Part shown: positions 21,701 to 27,700 of the stretch, in pieces
Layout: each line of letters starts with the position of its first letter
How positions within the stretch are numbered: the first letter of the stretch is position 1
Assembly (NCBI GenBank): GCA_963796955.1
Contig: CAWCNJ010000007.1
Location: 32,001-96,000 of the forward strand
Origin: Endomicrobiales bacterium
GTDB taxonomy: Bacteria; Elusimicrobiota; Endomicrobiia; Endomicrobiales; JALOBY01
Direction: 5' to 3'
DNA length: 64,000 bases
Notes under the pieces: generated by a model
What the model saw: only the letters and a program-made list of their open reading frames with translations
Told to the model about the DNA's origin: nothing
Databases searched by the model: none
Made by a program: the position numbers and the translations under genes

Positions 21701-24700
21701 CCGAGGCGGAAAAATCTACAGACTTTGCATCGCAGTTAGCTGTTTTCCATACGGATATGTTCCTTGTAGCAGACCGTGTGGTAGATTTTGACCGGAAGCC
21801 GCTGATCGACAGAATCGTTGATAACGCTAAGGATTGGAAGAGACAAAGTGATTCGGACCGTCTAAAAGCATTGAGCAATTATATTGAATCGGTCTATAGA
21901 GAAAGTGGTGTAAAGCTTAGCCAGAAGCAAAGAACATTGGTTTTTGAATTGAACGACAAACTCAAAAGGGGTGAAGATCTAACAGAAGCTGACCTTCAGG
22001 ATATTGCAGCCTGCGAGTCGCTTAGACCGGAAAAGGCCGGCGGTGCTAAATGGGGAGACAGCACTCCTAAACAGAGGGTTGAGTCATTGGTTAAATACCT
22101 CGATGATGCGATGCCATTAAATATTGAACAGCGTGCCCGTATTGATGCCCTGATCAAAAAAGGTGGCAGCTTAACTGAACTTGAACGGGCAGAGGTTCTG
22201 GACCTTGAGTCCAGGCGTGCAGCTGAAATGCTCGGGATCATACTTGGAGACAGGATACGTGAAGTAGGAACAAAGAATTTTACAGCTGAACAAAAAACCC
22301 GTCTCAGCGAACTTATGCGGAAATCCGGCGAAAGTGGTCTTACTGCGGAAGAGTTGTACGAATATAAGCGCCTTGAAACGTTGATGGAATACAATTTGCC
22401 GTCAGGTTTCGGTACGGCGGCAGTCACACTGGGCGATTTCTATGAGGGGCAATATGATGCATTTGCCAGTATTTTCAAGGCAATGATCAATGGTGAGAAA
22501 ATGGAGGGTGATACACTTTCCCGTTATGCACACCAGCTGCGTACTGCGGGTGGCAAGACAGTGATTGGGCTGTTCACCGAAATGCTTCTGGCTACCAGCA
22601 AAACGGCAACGAACAAATGTATCGGGTGGCTCACGAATACTGATGCCAATGCCCGTGATCTGGGTGCGCATTCCAGAATTATATTTGGTAATTCACTGGG
22701 CAGGGTATTGGTCCTTGATGGTGTGACACTTGAGAGAATGAAAAATAACGGCACACTACGCACAGAACTTGAAAAAGCTGATATCATTATAACAACATAC
22801 AATTCAATGAGCAGCTTGTATTCATCTTCAATGGCAAAATTGATCTCCTATGCTGACACTGACGCAAAAGGCAAGGAGATCGCAGAGCATAATATTGCAT
22901 TGTTGAAAACTGCTGAGCCGCCGATATTGACATCAAAGGATGCAAACGGGAAAATTCAATTAGCAAACGCGGCGGATTCCAGGCGTGCGATTGAGTGGCT
23001 TGCAAAGAATGGCGGGCTAGGGCTTGGGGAAACCGATCTGCCGTTGACACGGCTTGGGGATTTGATAGCTGACGAACTTGACTATTTGGGCACTATACCA
23101 ATGTCGGCACTTGCTTCATCCACCGGCAAGTATTACACAACCGCCCGGCCTGTTGAATATTATGCAGAATTGATGCGGATAAAAGAAACTAATAGATCGC
23201 TCAGCGATGATCTTGTTAGAACGCTGTTGGAGAAGTTCGCCGACATGGGTTTAAGCGAACAGATGCTGCGGATAGATTTTGGAGCTCCTGAAACTCTTAA
23301 AGGGAAGATGGAATTTTACGAAACACTATCCGGAGAAGTAGAACGTGCTACTACAAAAGCAAAAGGTGAAGACGGTAAGGTTACTGATCGTAGTGTCCTG
23401 AGTGATGCTGATATCAACAGTCTGGTCGATCGGTTATCTGATAGAGCAAAAGAACTTGGCCTCGACGTAGCGGAAGTAAGAAAAATGGTTGTTACACAGA
23501 TCGACAACCTGTGCAAAGATTCTTATGTACGGAATTTTTTAGCACCTAAGCTGCTTGATCTGGCAATGCGAACGCAGGCACCGGATAAGGGTATGTCAAC
23601 TATTAAGGGCAATCGGTCTGCTGAAACGAATCCGGTTGATAAAGATCCACGCGACCCTCGCGCCATGGGCCAGGACCGGCGTATGGGAGGAATATTAGTC
23701 GATGGCAAGCTGGTAGAGACCGTTGATCCTGCAACAAAACCAGATACAGAGACTCCTAAGGCTGAAACGAAAGGACACATCGCTCCTGATAAACTGAAAG
23801 GAGAGATCGATGCTCTTGTCGATCAGGTTCTCTCTAAATTCGGTAATTTGTTTAATGAACGCGAAATTCGTGAACAAATTAGTGGCGGTATGTCAGCAGC
23901 CGAAATGTTCTTGAAAACTGGTATGGAATACGATCCTAAAACCGGAAAATATAAGAAAAGAGAAGGCGGAGCACGCGTGGGTGAAGGTTCATATACTGTG
24001 CAAGGAGAAGGCGATAGCCGCCGTATCATTATTACCAATGATGGAAAAGGTGTCGAAAATCTGACGTTACCTGGTATGGCAGTTCTTGAAGCCTTAGAGC
24101 ATATTACGAATTTGACGCGTCCAACTAAAGAAACTTTTGTATCCAACAGCGTTGAGGCGATGAATGCGTGGGGCAACATCGTTGGATTCTCTGGCACATA
24201 CAGCGATTCCATAAAGGGTCTGTTAAAGACAATGGAATTTACTGAGGGTGGTGCTGCACCCACCGGCGTGAAAGTAGGCATCTATTCAGTACTAACCACT
24301 ACACAGGAAGCGATAGCTAAGGTTATAACTGAAGCGGTGAAAACTGTAGAACGTAGCGGTAGGGCTTCGATCAATTTGATCCTGACAAGTGGCTCTCATG
24401 CAACCGATCTTATGGTTGAAGAACTCAGAAAGAATGGAGTGGCTGAAGACGATATTGTAAGCTTAACGCTTACTAATATCAATCAGCAACTGTACAAATA
24501 TGGCCAAAAAATTGAAGCAATGCGAGAGGCGATCAGGTTTGCCGCAACTGATGAGGCACGCGTGGTAGCTGAAAGATCATATAACGCATACATCAAAGGA
24601 AGTGAATTAACAGATACTGATATAACAAAAATTACCTCCCAGGCTAATATTGCGGATATATCGCTCGATGAGAAAACATCTTTGCTAACAAAAGTATTAT

Positions 24701-27700
24701 CTGGTGAAACGAAGACAGGGTCGGCCAAATACGTTATTGGTGACGCCTACCTGCTTGGCCGCGGATGGAGCGTGGGCAGAATGGGAGATGCAGCCAATAA
24801 CCTGAAGGATTCATTCTTCAAGAGCTACACGCCAGAAAATGCAGATCTTCAATTGTCTCAATTCGGTGAAAAAATGCGTGAAATGAGATCGGCAATTGAA
24901 AATGCGACGACGCCAAAGGAAAAAGATGCGGCTGAGACGGCCTATAAGTCATTTGTTAAAGCTGCTAAACTTACTGATGTTGAAATCGCTACGATCGATG
25001 CGCCGGAATCCATTACTAAATTGTCTGATGCTGACAAAAAAGATCTTCTGGTAAAACTTCTGAAGACCGATTTGGTGCAGGCGACGATGTGGCTGGTAAA
25101 TGTGGACAAGTTCACCGCGACGCAGCTGGAGCAGGGATTAGGGCGTTTTGACCACTATGGCGACAGCCGCTTTGATCGTGAATTCTTCAATAAGGAGATC
25201 GTGCAAATCACGTCAGTTGAATCTGCTCGGGAGAGCGTGACGCTACGAGAAGCGGCAAAGACGAATCGCGGTTGGAATATCGATTTGATCATCAACAATA
25301 TGAAAGACGTGATGACCGCAAATGAAAAAGCTTCTCTTGAGAAAGCCGGTCAAAAGGTCTTGACCAGCGCATCTACGGAAAAAGCCGACTCGAAACCAGT
25401 TAGTCCGATCGAAGCACTGGGACGATTGCCGGAATCTGAACGTAAAACGGTGAAGGATGGTTTAGATACGACACCTGGTATGACCTATCATGCGGGAGGA
25501 GTAGCCTGGCTTACCGCAAAAGGACAGACCTATATCAGCAATGTAGCTGCGTTGAGAAACGGTGCGGTTCCATCTGGTAGTCAAGTTGTCTTATCGCCCA
25601 TGAATACCGCCCTGGTTGCCTTCTTCGGAGCGGCTGATATATTAGGTTTTGAGCAAGTTTCCGTTATCAAAGGACTAGAACTTACAGACAACACACCCAT
25701 GGCCGTCTCAATCGCACTCTATCTCGCAAAGAGTGGTTTAAGTCTCTCAGCGATCGTAGATATTGGCATCGCGTTACCTGTACTCAACACCGGTGGAGTA
25801 ACCATTGCTTCCGCCGACATCAAGGCTGCGCTTGCGTATCGTTATCCACCCGATGTAACACAGATTATGGCACACTATGGTGTTGCCCTGCCTCCTGCGG
25901 CGGTCTATAAATTGCTACAACCTAATGCCGGTAAATTACCTGCCCCGGTGAAGAAACAGATCGCCGTAATTGAAAAAGCGATCGCGGTGACCGAGAAGTT
26001 GAAGGACAGTGGCAGCGACAATGTATTAAAGAAACTGTACAGAGGCCTATTCACGGCTCGTCCGATAAATGTTCTTAAGAAACAACAAAAAATGTCGTTT
26101 GCCGAAATTATAGAATTAGCACAAGAAACAACGGGAGCCGGTGGAAAAACTCCTGCAATCGCTGAAGTTATTCAGTCCCCGGACTTTGCACTATTGGCGG
26201 CACTGCTGGGAGTATCAGATGCTTGCAAAGTAACCGGTGTCCTGCAATCGCTTAATAACCTTGGATTGAGTGGACAGTTTAATGTCTTAAAACCGGCAGA
26301 AATAATGGCTTATCTGGCCGGCCACATTACGTCTACGGACCTTATCAGCAAACTATCGCTGGGAAAACCAAAGAGCCTACCGATCAGAATGATCAATTCT
26401 CTTGTGGAACGTTTGCACCTTCTCGCGGCGTACGGTTCATCCCTGCTTGGTGTGGATCTTAACGCCACTCCGGTAGATATTTTGAATAGGCCGGTAAATC
26501 TCAGGATAGGTGATGCTGCCAAGTATCTTAAGGAAATTCAGGGCCAGTCAGTGCAGCAGGCAACACAGGCTGAACTGATGAAAGGCCTTGGCGCCATCGG
26601 GCAAGGGCCGGATGCAATGGCCAAACTTCAGCAGGTGCAGGCTGATGCCGCGGCTGCCGCTCAAAAGAATTTCTCGTTTACTATGGCTGATATTATTGCG
26701 GTAGCTGAAAAAAACGGCCTTTCAGATGAACAGGTACTCTCGATAGTGAATATCTCTTTTTCAAAAGAAGATCGGGCGAAAGTCTTGTCATTCTATAAAT
26801 CTGCGCAGTATATCCCGGGCTACGGCCCGCAGTTTGCTGCCACGCTAACTCTTGCGCAGCTTAGCGATCCTCAGTTTGATATGGATAAGGCTTACAAGCC
26901 CTTTGGCGACTCTTATGTGCAGGTACACAAAAAGGAGAACGGCGAATTCGGTGGTTCTCTTGTCGGTGCGTTGGACAACTTCATAGGCAACGGTAAAGGC
27001 ACAGGCGCTGCTCACACCGGCAAGTCTGCGGATCAGCTTATTAAGGAATTCCTTGAAACGCCGGCTGGTTACGCGGCGAAGGCAACGCTGCTTGATTACC
27101 TTCGTTCTAAAGGTATGCAGATAGCTGCCGCGGCTTTAACGTCTGGGCTTACAGGTTCTACTGTGTTGAACCCGCATGTTGAGGCCGCTTTGAAACAGTT
27201 AGATATCGTAGGGCAAGTTATCTCTGACGCTGTAGACCCCAATGACAAAGAAAAGGCAGCCAAGCCGAAAGCTCCCGGCAAGCCTATCTCAGAGAATGTT
27301 AAGCAGATGATAGTCCAGTTGCAGGATATTATTCAACTGGCCGCGTCATACGGCATAAATGATCTCAGCCCGGAAGATATATTAGATGTCTTAAAAGCCG
27401 CCTACCCTGCCGGCGTTGCTGAAAAATTCCAGCAAAACGGTCTGTCATTGCCGCCTGCGCCGGTCTTGTCCCTTCTGCGTCTGATGGGCGCAAGATCTAC
27501 CGGCCTTAAAGGTAATCTGCCTACGATAATCGCCAAATATGATGAAGCGATAGCCGCGGTGACGAAAGAAGTTGAGCCGCCCAGTACCACGGCGCGCGCT
27601 ATTAAGGCCATAAGAAAGGGCCAGAATATTTCTGTTCAGGAATTGTTGACAATGGCAACAACCCTGGCTTCGGGCAAGGATGCAGCGAACGCCAGCGCAG

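Noticed and set aside
22438..25173. Housekeeping secA gene or misassembled fusion
   Set aside because: Too divergent, with large inserts and seamless in-frame flanks; treated as a domain of the giant protein.
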